From an uncultured Gammaproteobacteria bacterium (GTDB taxonomy: Bacteria > Pseudomonadota > Gammaproteobacteria > SURF-13): a stretch of DNA of 64,000 nucleotides. The stretch covers positions 15,837 through 79,836 of the forward strand of contig CAMTVY010000001.1 in NCBI GenBank assembly GCA_947085325.1, in the 5' to 3' direction. The notes beneath the pieces were generated by a model. The model was not told the DNA's origin, made no database searches, and was given only the letters and a program-made list of their open reading frames with translations. Of this stretch, positions 7,999 to 18,094 are shown piece by piece. The position numbers and the translations under genes are program-made. Position 1 is the stretch's first letter, and each line of letters starts with the position of its first letter.

Positions 7999-8738
7999 TG
8001 CTGTGTTACTTGCGCGGTAGTCATCAGCGGCTTGAGGGTGGAGAGCAGGCTCTTGAACAGCCCTTTGTTGGTGCTCTCCTCCGTGCCCAGCAGGGTTTTC
8101 AGATGCTGCCGCTGCATCGGCATGCTGAAGCAGGCCGGGCAGTTGTCGCGGATCACCGGCAGTTGCGCCGCAGCGGCGAAATCCCGCAGTTGCCGCTCGC
8201 GCGCATACACCAGCGGCCGGATCACGCGTACATCGCCTGCGTCGTTGAGGTAGTGCGCCTGCATGGTGCGCAGCTTGCCGCCGTGAAAGGCCGACATGAG
8301 GAAGGTCTCGGCGAGGTCGTCCAGATGCTGCGCCAGCGCCAGTACGTTATAGCCGTTCTTGCGCGCCGCGTCATACATTACGCCGCGCTTCATGCGCGAG
8401 CAGTAGGCACAGAACGAATCGTTGGTCATGTTCTGTTTGGCCTGTTCCATGATGGGCTGGGCGCGGTAAAAATACGGCACCTTGAGGTCGCTCATCACCT
8501 GCTTGAGCGGTGAAGGGTCGAAGCCTTCAACCTGCGGATCCACTGTCACCACGCCGAGGTCGAAATGCAGCGGCGCGCACTTTTGCAGGTGCAGCAGGAT
8601 GTGCAGCAGCGACAGCGAATCCTTGCCGCCGGAGACGCCGAGCAATACGCGGTCGCCGTCGCGGATCATGTCGAACTCGGCAATCGCCTTGCCCGCGTGG
8701 CGCAGCAGGGGCTTGGGTGGTTTTTGCGCGGTGTGCAT
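7995..8738 (-). CDS. ttcA: tRNA 2-thiocytidine(32) synthetase TtcA
   Basis: PP-loop SGGKDS, a CAYCSRMKRG motif and a C-terminal CPAC motif; 247 aa. Confidence 0.9.
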   Translation of the reverse strand: MHTAQKPPKPLLRHAGKAIAEFDMIRDGDRVLLGVSGGKDSLSLLHILLHLQKCAPLHFDLGVVTVDPQVEGFDPSPLKQVMSDLKVPYFYRAQPIMEQAKQNMTNDSFCAYCSRMKRGVMYDAARKNGYNVLALAQHLDDLAETFLMSAFHGGKLRTMQAHYLNDAGDVRVIRPLVYARERQLRDFAAAAQLPVIRDNCPACFSMPMQRQHLKTLLGTEESTNKGLFKSLLSTLKPLMTTAQVTQQ

Positions 8739-8806
8739 GCGTCTATTCTACGCAATCCCGGTTATACTCGAAAGCCGTGCAACAGGCTTTCGGCTGGAGG
8801 AGGCGC

Positions 8807-9046
8807 ATGTCGCCGTTTGAGCATATAGGGTACTGGCATTGGTGGATCGTCGCAGCGGTGCTGGTGCTGCTGGAGTTTGCCACGCCGGGGCTGTTTTTTC
8901 TCTGCCTGGGGGTGGCGGCAGGCGTGACAGGCGTCATCCTGCTGTTCATGCCGCTGGGATTTCTTTACCAGCTGGCGCTGTTCGCCGTGCTGGCCGTGCT
9001 GGCCATCCTGCTCTGGCGCTTCTATCTCAAGCGTTTTGCTGCGTGA
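8807..9046 (+). CDS. Small NfeD-like integral membrane protein
   Basis: 79 aa with two or three hydrophobic helices (WWIVAAVLVLLEF...LALFAVLAVLAILLW). A GGAGGAGG SD precedes ATG 8807. The longer tracked ORF from 8510 is antisense to ttcA. Confidence 0.55.
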   Translation: MSPFEHIGYWHWWIVAAVLVLLEFATPGLFFLCLGVAAGVTGVILLFMPLGFLYQLALFAVLAVLAILLWRFYLKRFAA

Positions 9047-9801
9047 CACTGCCGCGTATTTATTTCCCCGCGCCCCTCACCGGCGGCGCCACCGTCACGC
9101 TCGACAAACAGGCCGCGCAACACGTGCTGCGCGTGCTGCGTCTGGAGGTGGGCGATCCGCTGCTGCTGTTTAACGGCGAGCCGGTCGGCCAGCAGCACGG
9201 CGAATACCCGTGTACGCTGCAAGGCGTGCAGGGCGCCACTGCGGTGGTGCAGGTGGGCGGGTTTGTGGCGCGCGATACCGAGTCGCCGCTGCACATCACG
9301 CTGGCCCAGGCCGTCTCGCGCGGCGAGCGCATGGATTACGCCGTGCAGAAAGCGGCAGAGCTGGGCGTGACGCGCATCGTGCCGCTGATCACCGAGTTTT
9401 GCGTGGTCAAGCTGCAAGACGAACGCAAAGGCAAGCGGGTCGCCCACTGGCAGGGTGTTGCGACCTCCGCCTGCGAGCAGTCGGGGCGGGTGCGGGTGCC
9501 GGTGGTGGAGGCACCGCAGACCTTTTCCGACTGGCTGGCTACGGTAAATGCCGGCGTCAGGCTGGTGCTCGACCCGCTGGCGCAGACCACGCTGCGGCAA
9601 CTGCCGCCGCCGCAGGGCGACATCGTTTTGCTGGCCGGGCCCGAGGGCGGCCTGAGCGATCTGGAAGTGACGCGGGCCAAGCAATCCGGTTTTATCGACG
9701 TGCGTCTGGGGCCGCGCATCCTGCGCACGGAAACCGTGCCCGCCGCTGCGCTCGCCGCCATGCAAACCTTGTGGGGCGATTGGGCCTACATAGCACCATA
9801 A
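9043..9801 (+). CDS. rsmE: 16S rRNA (uracil1498-N3)-methyltransferase RsmE
   Basis: RIYFPAPL start, HVLRVLRLEVGD, a RMDYAVQKAAELGV motif and GPEGGLSDLEV. GTG 9043 overlaps the upstream stop. The last codons and the TAA stop lie inside MITE B1. Confidence 0.88.
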   Translation: MTLPRIYFPAPLTGGATVTLDKQAAQHVLRVLRLEVGDPLLLFNGEPVGQQHGEYPCTLQGVQGATAVVQVGGFVARDTESPLHITLAQAVSRGERMDYAVQKAAELGVTRIVPLITEFCVVKLQDERKGKRVAHWQGVATSACEQSGRVRVPVVEAPQTFSDWLATVNAGVRLVLDPLAQTTLRQLPPPQGDIVLLAGPEGGLSDLEVTRAKQSGFIDVRLGPRILRTETVPAAALAAMQTLWGDWAYIAP

Positions 9802-9994
9802 ATCTACTGCGCGTCTTTGATGCAGGTGCGTGCGGTGCTCGGAATCCGGGGCCGCGTAGCGGCAGACTGGAATGTACACTCCGGTTCCTGCGCTCCGCCG
9901 CCCCTGCCTGCGACGTACAGGGATGTACTAGTGTCGCGGGAGGCAGGATGCCGGGAGCGACAAAGCCGCTCGCTACGATTTCTGGCGCTATGTA
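9787..9994 (+). mobile_element. MITE family B, copy 1 (208 bp, TA target-site duplication)
   Basis: TA|CATAGCACCA at 9787-9798 and TGGCGCTATG|TA at 9983-9994, a 9/10 TIR flanked by TA. The interior is shared with 31016-31159 apart from two indels. Confidence 0.8.
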
Positions 9995-9998
9995 TAAA
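9970..9998 (+). promoter_or_regulatory. Candidate outward-facing sigma70-like promoter at the right end of MITE B1 (TCGCTA-N17-TATAAA)
   Basis: -35-like TCGCTA at 9970-9975, a 17-nt spacer, and -10 TATAAA at 9993-9998 straddling the MITE/flank junction, 65 nt upstream of the hemF ATG. The same arrangement occurs in copy B2. Confidence 0.3.
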
Positions 9999-10059
9999 AC
10001 CCTTCTTGCAGGGAGCGAAGTGCCCACCTAATATGCGAGTATTCGAATCAGGCTCATAG

Positions 10060-11455
<1,396 letters not shown>

Positions 11456-11456
<1 letters not shown>

Positions 11457-12175
11457 TGCCGCTCGCCGAGAGCAGCCTGTTCCCCTGTCCGATCTGCGGG
11501 CAACAGAAACCGCAGGATGAGGCCGTCAACCGTGAGCTGGTCTATGGCCCGGTAGAGGATCTCATCCTGCGCAAGCGCCCCGAATGGCCTGTGCATGGCC
11601 TGGTATGCTCCGATTGCCTCAATCATTTCCGCACCGAATATGTGGAAGACGTGCTTGAGTTGCAGAAGGGCGAGCTTTCCACGCTCGAACAAGAAGTGCT
11701 GGAAAACCTGCGCGAGCACGAGGTGCTGGCCAAAAACATCAATCTTGAATTTGAGCAGCAACTCACTCTGGGCGAGCGCGTCGCCGACAAGGTCGCCGAG
11801 TTCGGCGGAAGTTGGAGCTTCATTATCACGTTTCTTACCGTGATGGGAATCTGGATCGCCGTCAACATCAGCTTCATGCTGACACGTCCCTTCGACCCCT
11901 ATCCCTTTATCCTGCTCAATCTTGTGCTGTCGTGTATCGCGGCGCTACAGGCGCCCATCATCATGATGAGCCAGAACCGCCAGGAGTCCAAAGACCGCCT
12001 GCACGCGGAACATGACTATCAGGTGAACCTGAAGGCGGAGCTGGAGATACGCCATCTCAACGGAAAGATGGACTTGCTGATGACGCGTCAATGGCAGCGC
12101 CTGCTGGAAATCCAGCGCATCCAGCTCGACACCATGCAGGACTTCGCGCGCAAGACGCCGCTGAAGAACGAATAG
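11456..12175 (+). CDS. DUF1003 domain-containing membrane protein with an N-terminal Cys-pair (zinc-ribbon-like) region
   Basis: CPICGQQ...CSDCLNH in the N-terminus. Two TM helices and a C-terminus containing [27 protein letters not shown] are typical of DUF1003. GTG 11456 overlaps the SET stop by 1 nt; ATG 11396 is the alternative. Confidence 0.65.
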
Positions 12176-12180
12176 CGCGT

Positions 12181-12723
12181 ATGTCCGAGCACGCTGAAAT
12201 TGCCACGCTGGGCGGCGGCTGTTTCTGGTGCCTTGAGGCCGTGCTCGTCGGCCTCAAGGGCGTGAAGAAGGTGGAGTCCGGTTATTCCGGCGGCGCAGTG
12301 AAGAATCCTGCCTACCGCGAAGTGTGCGAGGGTACCACTGGCCATGCGGAAGTAGTGCAGATCACGTTTGATGAAACTATCATCTCTTATAAAGAGATTC
12401 TGGAAATCTTTTTCACCCTCCACGACCCGACCACGCTGAACCGGCAGGGCGCGGACGTTGGCACTCAGTACCGCTCCGTAATCTTTTATCACACGCCGGA
12501 GCAGCAGGCCGCTGCCGAAAAGGTGATACAGGAGATTAACGCGGCAGGGATTTGGGGCGGGGCCGTGGTGACGGAGCTTGCGCCCTTCGACGCATTTTAC
12601 CGTGCCGAGGAAGACCATCAGAGCTACTACGCCAGAAACGGCAGCCAACCCTACTGCCGGATGGTGATTGCTCCCAAGGTAAAAAAATTCCGCGAACGCT
12701 ACAGCGCGAAACTCAAAATCTAG
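12181..12723 (+). CDS. msrA: Peptide-methionine (S)-S-oxide reductase MsrA
   Basis: GGGCFWC active-site motif and GYSGG...[11 protein letters not shown]; 180 aa. Confidence 0.93.
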   Translation: MSEHAEIATLGGGCFWCLEAVLVGLKGVKKVESGYSGGAVKNPAYREVCEGTTGHAEVVQITFDETIISYKEILEIFFTLHDPTTLNRQGADVGTQYRSVIFYHTPEQQAAAEKVIQEINAAGIWGGAVVTELAPFDAFYRAEEDHQSYYARNGSQPYCRMVIAPKVKKFRERYSAKLKI

Positions 12724-13079
12724 TCCGTCAGCAGCTTGTTCACGTTCTCCGCCGGGCGGCACAGCACCGCCTCATCGCCGCGTACCACAATCGGCCGCTG
12801 AATCAGGTCGGGATTTGCCACCATTATTTTTATCAGCTCGGCCTCGGAGATCTGCCGCTCCGCCAGCCCAAGCTCATGCGCCAGCGGCTCGCCGCTGCGC
12901 AAGATGTCACGCGCTGCCATGCCCAGCTTCAGCAGCAGCCCGCGCAGTTGCTCTTCGGTCAGCGGCACCTCGTAGTAATTGACGGCCTCGAAGTCAGCGC
13001 CGTGTTCTTTAAGCAGGGCGAGTGTCGATTTGCAGGTGCCGCAGGCGGGCTTCTGGTAAACGGTTATTTTGACACTCAT
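12720..13079 (-). CDS. ArsC/Spx/MgsR-family thioredoxin-fold protein
   Basis: 119 aa. [24 protein letters not shown] CxxC motif, LIQRPIVV near the C-terminus. Start ATG at 13079. Confidence 0.75.
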   Translation of the reverse strand: MSVKITVYQKPACGTCKSTLALLKEHGADFEAVNYYEVPLTEEQLRGLLLKLGMAARDILRSGEPLAHELGLAERQISEAELIKIMVANPDLIQRPIVVRGDEAVLCRPAENVNKLLTD

Positions 13080-13155
13080 TTGTCCTCTTTTCTCGCGTAC
13101 GGCGGGCGCAATAACCGAAGGGCATTGCGCCGGATGTTTACTGTCGGCAGCACTG

Positions 13156-13851
13156 TCAAACCGATGCGGCGTACTCTGCGCCAACAATACTTCCATCTAC
13201 CAGATGTATCTGGCGCTGGGTGAGGGCGGAGAGTTGGGTGTCGTGGGTGACGGTGATGACGGTTTGGCGATTGTCTTCTACCAGCCGCCTGAAAATGTCG
13301 AATACGATGTGGCCGCTTTTGGTGTCGAGGTTGCCGGTGGGTTCGTCGGCGAGAATGATCAGCGGATCGTTGGCGAGCGCGCGGGCAATGGCGACGCGCT
13401 GGCGCTGGCCGCCGGAGATCTGGTCGGGCCTGCGTTTGATTTCAGGGCTCAGCCCCAGTTCGTCGAGTATCTCGGTGGCGCGGGCGCGCATCTGGGGCTC
13501 GCTGCGCGCGCCGAGCTTGCGCATGGGCAGCATCACATTTTCGAGCACCGAAAACTCCGGCAGCAGAAAATGGAACTGAAACACAAAGCCGAGTTTTTTC
13601 AGGCGCAATGCGGCGAGTTCGCTGCGGCTCAGTTTGGAGGTGTCGCGGCCTTCGAGATAGACGGAGCCGCCGGTCGGCACGTCGAGCAGGCCGAGCAGGT
13701 AGAGCAGTGACGATTTGCCGGAGCCGGAGGGCCCGGTGATGGCGATGAATTCGCCGGGTTGCACGGTGAGATTGATGTCACGCACCAGCGTGACCGGCAG
13801 CGGGCCGGGCAGTATCCGGGTGACGCAGTGTGTTTCGAGCAGGGGCGTCAT
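13156..13851 (-). CDS. ABC transporter ATP-binding protein (MacB/LolD-like)
   Basis: Walker A GPSGSGKS, signature ISGGQRQR and Walker B LILADEPTGNLD; 231 aa. Its start overlaps the permease stop. Confidence 0.9.
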   Translation of the reverse strand: MTPLLETHCVTRILPGPLPVTLVRDINLTVQPGEFIAITGPSGSGKSSLLYLLGLLDVPTGGSVYLEGRDTSKLSRSELAALRLKKLGFVFQFHFLLPEFSVLENVMLPMRKLGARSEPQMRARATEILDELGLSPEIKRRPDQISGGQRQRVAIARALANDPLIILADEPTGNLDTKSGHIVFDIFRRLVEDNRQTVITVTHDTQLSALTQRQIHLVDGSIVGAEYAASV

Positions 13852-15092
13852 GCGGCGCCCCGGATGATGTCCACCGGATTGAGGTGCGCCGCCTTGCGTG
13901 CGGGCAGCCAGGCGGCAAAGGCGGCAGAGAGGATGGCAAAGCCCCCGGCGATGAGGTAGTGGGTGATGCTGTAATACAGGATGAAGCCCTGGGCGGTGAC
14001 GAAGCCCTCGATGTGGAAGCGTATGGTGCCGAGCAGGCGCGTGAGCCCGTAGCCCAGCGCCCAGCCCAGCAGGGTGCCGATCAGCCCGACCAGCAGGCCT
14101 TCGATGAGGAATATGCGGCGAATGTCGCGCTCCTCGAAGCCGATGGATTTGAGGATGCCGATGTCGCGGGTTTTTTCATGGATGACGGTGGAGATGATGT
14201 TGAAGATACCGAACGCCGCGACGATGAGGATGGCGCCCACGGTGGAGTACATGATGCCGTTCTGGATGACAAAGATGCCGAGGATGTTTTCGTAGGTTTC
14301 CTCCCACGACTCGGTGCGGTAGTCGAGGCGGGCCTCGATGCTGCTGGCGATGCTGCGCGCCTGGTTGACGTCGTTCAGGCGGATGCGTATCTGGTTGATG
14401 ACGTTGGGCCGGTCTTGCAGTATCTGCGCCTTCTTGAGCAGGGCGTAGGATTCGAAATTGTCGATCGGCGTGATGCCGGTGCGGAAGATGCCGACCACTT
14501 TCATTTTGAGGATGACGCCCGCAGGCGAGATGACCGACAAGGTGTCGTTTAATTCCGCCCCGATTTTTTTCGCCACGCCGTCGCCGAGGATGATGCCGTT
14601 GGCGGCGGTGTGCAGGGCGTTGAGGCTGCCGGCGATGAGATCGTTTTCCAGATGGCTCACGCGCCGCTCATGCGGCGGCTCGATGCCGACCAGAGTGGCG
14701 GAGACGTCCTTCGAGCCATAACGCAGGAAGACTTGCCCGCGCAAGGTGGGTGCGGCGGCGAGGTCGGTGCGGCGGTTGAGTTCGGCGAGCACCGTGTCGG
14801 CGTCCTTGATGCCGCGCAATTCTTCGCGCGGTTTCAGGCCGTACAGGGTGACCACGCCGTCGCCAAACAGGCGCTGTACCGGTTGCGGCGGCGCGCTGCG
14901 GTATTCGTCCTTGATGGTGACGTGCGGCCACACGTCGATGACCTTGGAAATGAAGTAGACGTGAAAACCCTGCATCAAGGCGGCCATGGCAATGAAAAAG
15001 CCCACCCCCATCGCCACCCCGAGCACCGACACCAGGGTCTGGCGTTTGCGGTTACGTAGATGGGTTAGCGCTATCTCAACCGGCAGCCACAT
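13848..15092 (-). CDS. ABC transporter permease (FtsX/MacB-LolCE family)
   Basis: 414 aa: an N-terminal TM, a large periplasmic domain and a C-terminal FtsX-type 3-TM bundle. Start chosen at ATG 15092 (MWLPVEIALTHLRNRKRQTL). The tracked ORF extends through MITE C. Confidence 0.85.
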   Translation of the reverse strand: MWLPVEIALTHLRNRKRQTLVSVLGVAMGVGFFIAMAALMQGFHVYFISKVIDVWPHVTIKDEYRSAPPQPVQRLFGDGVVTLYGLKPREELRGIKDADTVLAELNRRTDLAAAPTLRGQVFLRYGSKDVSATLVGIEPPHERRVSHLENDLIAGSLNALHTAANGIILGDGVAKKIGAELNDTLSVISPAGVILKMKVVGIFRTGITPIDNFESYALLKKAQILQDRPNVINQIRIRLNDVNQARSIASSIEARLDYRTESWEETYENILGIFVIQNGIMYSTVGAILIVAAFGIFNIISTVIHEKTRDIGILKSIGFEERDIRRIFLIEGLLVGLIGTLLGWALGYGLTRLLGTIRFHIEGFVTAQGFILYYSITHYLIAGGFAILSAAFAAWLPARKAAHLNPVDIIRGAA

Positions 15093-15233
15093 GGGCACCT
15101 CTAAAAATATGTCTTTTGTTCCAATACTGCGTTGCAACTTGTCTCCGCTGCTCACATACTGGCTTGTATGCTCCGCTGCTCGCCTGCGCTGCGCCTTGTC
15201 TTGAATCAAAATCCATTATTTTTAGAGGTGCCC
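15093..15233. mobile_element. MITE family C (141 bp, perfect 17-bp terminal inverted repeats)
   Basis: GGGCACCTCTAAAAATA at 15093-15109 and TATTTTTAGAGGTGCCC at 15217-15233, flanked by direct (C)ACAT. There is an internal direct repeat CTCCGCTGCTC. It lies exactly between the adaptor stop and the permease start. Confidence 0.8.
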
Positions 15234-15238
15234 ACATG

Positions 15239-16249
15239 TCAGGGGGCGGGTGGTGCTTTGATGCGCACCCTGTCGCCCGCTTTCAGCCCCGGCGGCGGGG
15301 CAGCGATGAGGCTGTCGTTGTCGCTGAGGCCTGCGGTAATTTCGATGCGCTCTTCGTCGAGCGCGCCCGTGGTCACTGCGACTGGCATTGCCTTGCCGTC
15401 ACGCACCAGCCATGCCTCGCCGTTTACTATGGCGTCGACGGGCACCAGCAGTGCCTGCGGGGCTTCACGCACGATGATGTTGATCTCGGTGGTCATGCCG
15501 ATTTTGAGGCGGGTGTCGGCAGGCAGGCTGATACGCACGCGATAGCTTTTGTTGATCGGGTCGCCCATGGGCGTGATCTCGGCGACCGCGCCTTCCGGCG
15601 TTGCGCCCGGGAAGGCGTCGGCCTTGATCACCACGCGCTGGCCGGTTTTTACACGCGGGATGTCTTCTTCGTCCACTTCGGCGGTGATGCGCAGCGGGCT
15701 TACCTCGCCTACCCAGAATAGAATCTGTGTGCTGGTCACTGTTTCACCCGGTTCGCTGTCCTGGCGCAACACGATGCCGTCCATCGGCGCGCGCAGGCTG
15801 AGGTCGTTTACCACCTGCTGCGCGGCAGCGAGGTTGGCTTGCGCCTGCTTATGATCACTCACGGTGCGGTCATAGGACTGTTTGCCGACGTAGCCCTTCG
15901 CCAGCAGCGGCGTGAGGCGTTTCACTTCGCCTTGCAGCAGGCGCTCCTGCGCAGACAACTGGGCCGCCCGCGCCCGCGCTTCTATATCGTTCAGGCGCGC
16001 GAGTACCTGGCCGTGGGTAACCTGCTCGCCTTCGCGTACCAGTATCTGCTCGATGCGTGCCGTGCCTTTCGGCCCCACTTTGGCCCAACGCACCGGTTCG
16101 ACATTGCCGGTGGCGTACACCGCCTCCACCGCCGGGCCGCGCAGGGGCTGTGTAACGGTGACAGTGACGGGCAGGGACAGAAAGTAATACGCGCCAGCAC
16201 CGGCCAGCAGCACGAACAGGAGGGTAAAAATAAGGGGGCGTAGACGCAT
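15239..16249 (-). CDS. Efflux transporter periplasmic adaptor subunit (HlyD/MFP family)
   Basis: 336 aa with an N-terminal TM/signal, a coiled-coil segment (ARARAAQLSAQERLLQGEVKRL) and beta-barrel regions. It is the first gene of the adaptor-permease-ATPase operon. Confidence 0.85.
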   Translation of the reverse strand: MRLRPLIFTLLFVLLAGAGAYYFLSLPVTVTVTQPLRGPAVEAVYATGNVEPVRWAKVGPKGTARIEQILVREGEQVTHGQVLARLNDIEARARAAQLSAQERLLQGEVKRLTPLLAKGYVGKQSYDRTVSDHKQAQANLAAAQQVVNDLSLRAPMDGIVLRQDSEPGETVTSTQILFWVGEVSPLRITAEVDEEDIPRVKTGQRVVIKADAFPGATPEGAVAEITPMGDPINKSYRVRISLPADTRLKIGMTTEINIIVREAPQALLVPVDAIVNGEAWLVRDGKAMPVAVTTGALDEERIEITAGLSDNDSLIAAPPPGLKAGDRVRIKAPPAP

Positions 16250-16616
16250 TTTCCACTCACTTTATAGGAACTGCCGCCGGATGACGATAGTGGCCGCCAA
16301 GCGGGCGGTGGCAAGGTTACCCACGGTGGGTCTGTTCTGGTAAGCTTACGCTATTCGGTGGGACAAAAATGTACGCTGGCGCGGTCGCTCAGCGTGTATT
16401 TCTAAGGTATAGCCTTATGATGCGGTGGATAGGCTGGAGCAGCGCTATTCTGCAGCGGGTGCCGTTGCGCTCGCTTGAGCGGTTTGTGTCCGCACGGACG
16501 CTCGATTACAGTAGTATTGCCACAGTCACTTGGCGCGTGTGGCCAGTTCCCGCCGCAGGTGAGCGGGGAGATTCCACTCGCCTGTCAAGGGCGTTATTCC
16601 GGATGCTGCGCCAGCC

Positions 16617-18086
16617 ATGAGTCGCGAAATCCTGATCAATGTCACGCCACGCGAAACGCGTGTTGCCGTCGTTGAAAACGGCGTGCTGCAGGATATTTTT
16701 GTGGAGCGCGCGCGCAAGCTGGGTCTGGTCGGTAACATATACAAGGGCCGTGTGAGCCGCGTATTACCCGGCATGCAGGCTGCTTTCGTGGATGTCGGTC
16801 TGGAGCGCACTGCGTTCCTGCATGCCTCGGATATTCTCCCCCCCACCAATGGCGATGAGCCGGACGAGAAAAAAACCAGCGAGCCGATTGCCTCGCTGTT
16901 GCGTGACGGCCAGGAGTTGCTGGTGCAGGTGGTGAAAGATCCGCTGGGCAGCAAAGGCGCGCGTCTCACCACCCAGATATCCATTGCCTCACGTTACCTT
17001 GTGTTCATGCCTAACACGACGCATATCGGTGTGTCGCAGCGGATTGAAGACCCTGCAGAACGCCAGCGCCTGAAGGATATCCTTAAGGAAAATATCCCGC
17101 CTGCGGCAGGTGGCGGCTACATCATCCGCACGGTGACGGAGGGAGTGAGCGCGGATGAGTTGCGTTCTGATATGGCGTTTCTGCACAAATTGTGGACGGC
17201 GATCGATGAGCGCGCGCGCAGCAAGGAGGCAGCGCCGCTGATTCATGAAGACTTGCCGCTGGTGATGCGCACCATGCGCGACCTGGTGGAGGTGGAGGTT
17301 GAAAAGGTGCGCATTGATTCGCGCGAAACCTGTCAGCGCGTGCTCCAGTTTGCACGGGAATTCATTCCCCAGATCGTAGAGCGCATTGAACACTACCCGG
17401 GCGAGCGCCCGATCTTTGACCTCTACAGCGTGGAAGACGAAATTCAGAAGGCACTGGAGCGCAAGGTGCAACTGAAGTCGGGCGGTTATCTCATGTTTGA
17501 CCAGACCGAGGCGATGACAACAATTGATGTCAATACGGGCGCCTTCGTGGGCCATCGCAATCTGGAAGAAACCATTTTCAAGACCAACCTGGAAGCGGCG
17601 CAAACTATCGCCCGCCAGCTCCGCCTGCGCAATCTGGGCGGCATCATCATTCTCGACTTTATCGACATGATCGACTCTGATCACCGGCGCCAGGTGTTGC
17701 GTGCGTTGAACAAGGCGCTGGAGCGTGATCATGCCAAGACCCACATCTCCGAAGTGTCCGCGCTGGGGCTGGTGGAGATGACGCGTAAGCGCACGCGCGA
17801 AAGCCTGGAACATGTGCTGTGTGAGCCGTGTCCGGCCTGTCAGGGACGGGGTTCGCTCAAGACCGCCGAGACCGTGTGTTATGAAATCTTCCGTGAAATC
17901 CTGCGTGAGGCGCGCCAGTTCGAGGCGCAGCGTTTTCTGGTCATGGCCTCGCAGGAAGTGGTGGGTCTGCTGCTGGATGAAGAGTCCACCGGGCTGGCGG
18001 AGCTGGAGGAGTTCATCGGCAAGCAGATCCGGCTCCAGGTCGAGGCGCAGTACACGCAGGAACAATACGACGTGGTGCTGACCTGA
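16617..18086 (+). CDS. rng: Ribonuclease G
   Basis: 489 aa. S1 domain (GNIYKGRVSRVLPGMQAAFVDVG), an RNase E/G catalytic core, and CPxCxGxG near the C-terminus. It is followed by yhdP, as in E. coli. Confidence 0.93.
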   Translation: MSREILINVTPRETRVAVVENGVLQDIFVERARKLGLVGNIYKGRVSRVLPGMQAAFVDVGLERTAFLHASDILPPTNGDEPDEKKTSEPIASLLRDGQELLVQVVKDPLGSKGARLTTQISIASRYLVFMPNTTHIGVSQRIEDPAERQRLKDILKENIPPAAGGGYIIRTVTEGVSADELRSDMAFLHKLWTAIDERARSKEAAPLIHEDLPLVMRTMRDLVEVEVEKVRIDSRETCQRVLQFAREFIPQIVERIEHYPGERPIFDLYSVEDEIQKALERKVQLKSGGYLMFDQTEAMTTIDVNTGAFVGHRNLEETIFKTNLEAAQTIARQLRLRNLGGIIILDFIDMIDSDHRRQVLRALNKALERDHAKTHISEVSALGLVEMTRKRTRESLEHVLCEPCPACQGRGSLKTAETVCYEIFREILREARQFEAQRFLVMASQEVVGLLLDEESTGLAELEEFIGKQIRLQVEAQYTQEQYDVVLT

Positions 18087-18094
18087 GGCACACA

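Noticed and set aside
8510-8806. Long N-terminal extensions of the NfeD-like ORF (from 8510) and of rsmE (from 8839).
   Set aside because: The first is antisense to ttcA, and the second overlaps the small membrane-protein gene. In both cases a downstream start (SD-preceded ATG 8807; GTG 9043 with a canonical RsmE N-terminus) gives a product of the expected length.
13105-13131. Hairpin GGCGCAAT-N11-ATTGCGCC between the ABC ATPase gene and the arsC-like gene, considered as an intrinsic terminator.
   Set aside because: There is no U-tract on the transcribed minus strand. It may be a processing or stabilising hairpin, but the evidence is too weak to call a terminator.
16369-16620. 83-codon ORF in the rng upstream region.
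   Set aside because: There is no ribosome-binding site, the amino-acid composition is atypical, and the ORF overlaps the rng start. It is more likely a non-coding leader or promoter region.
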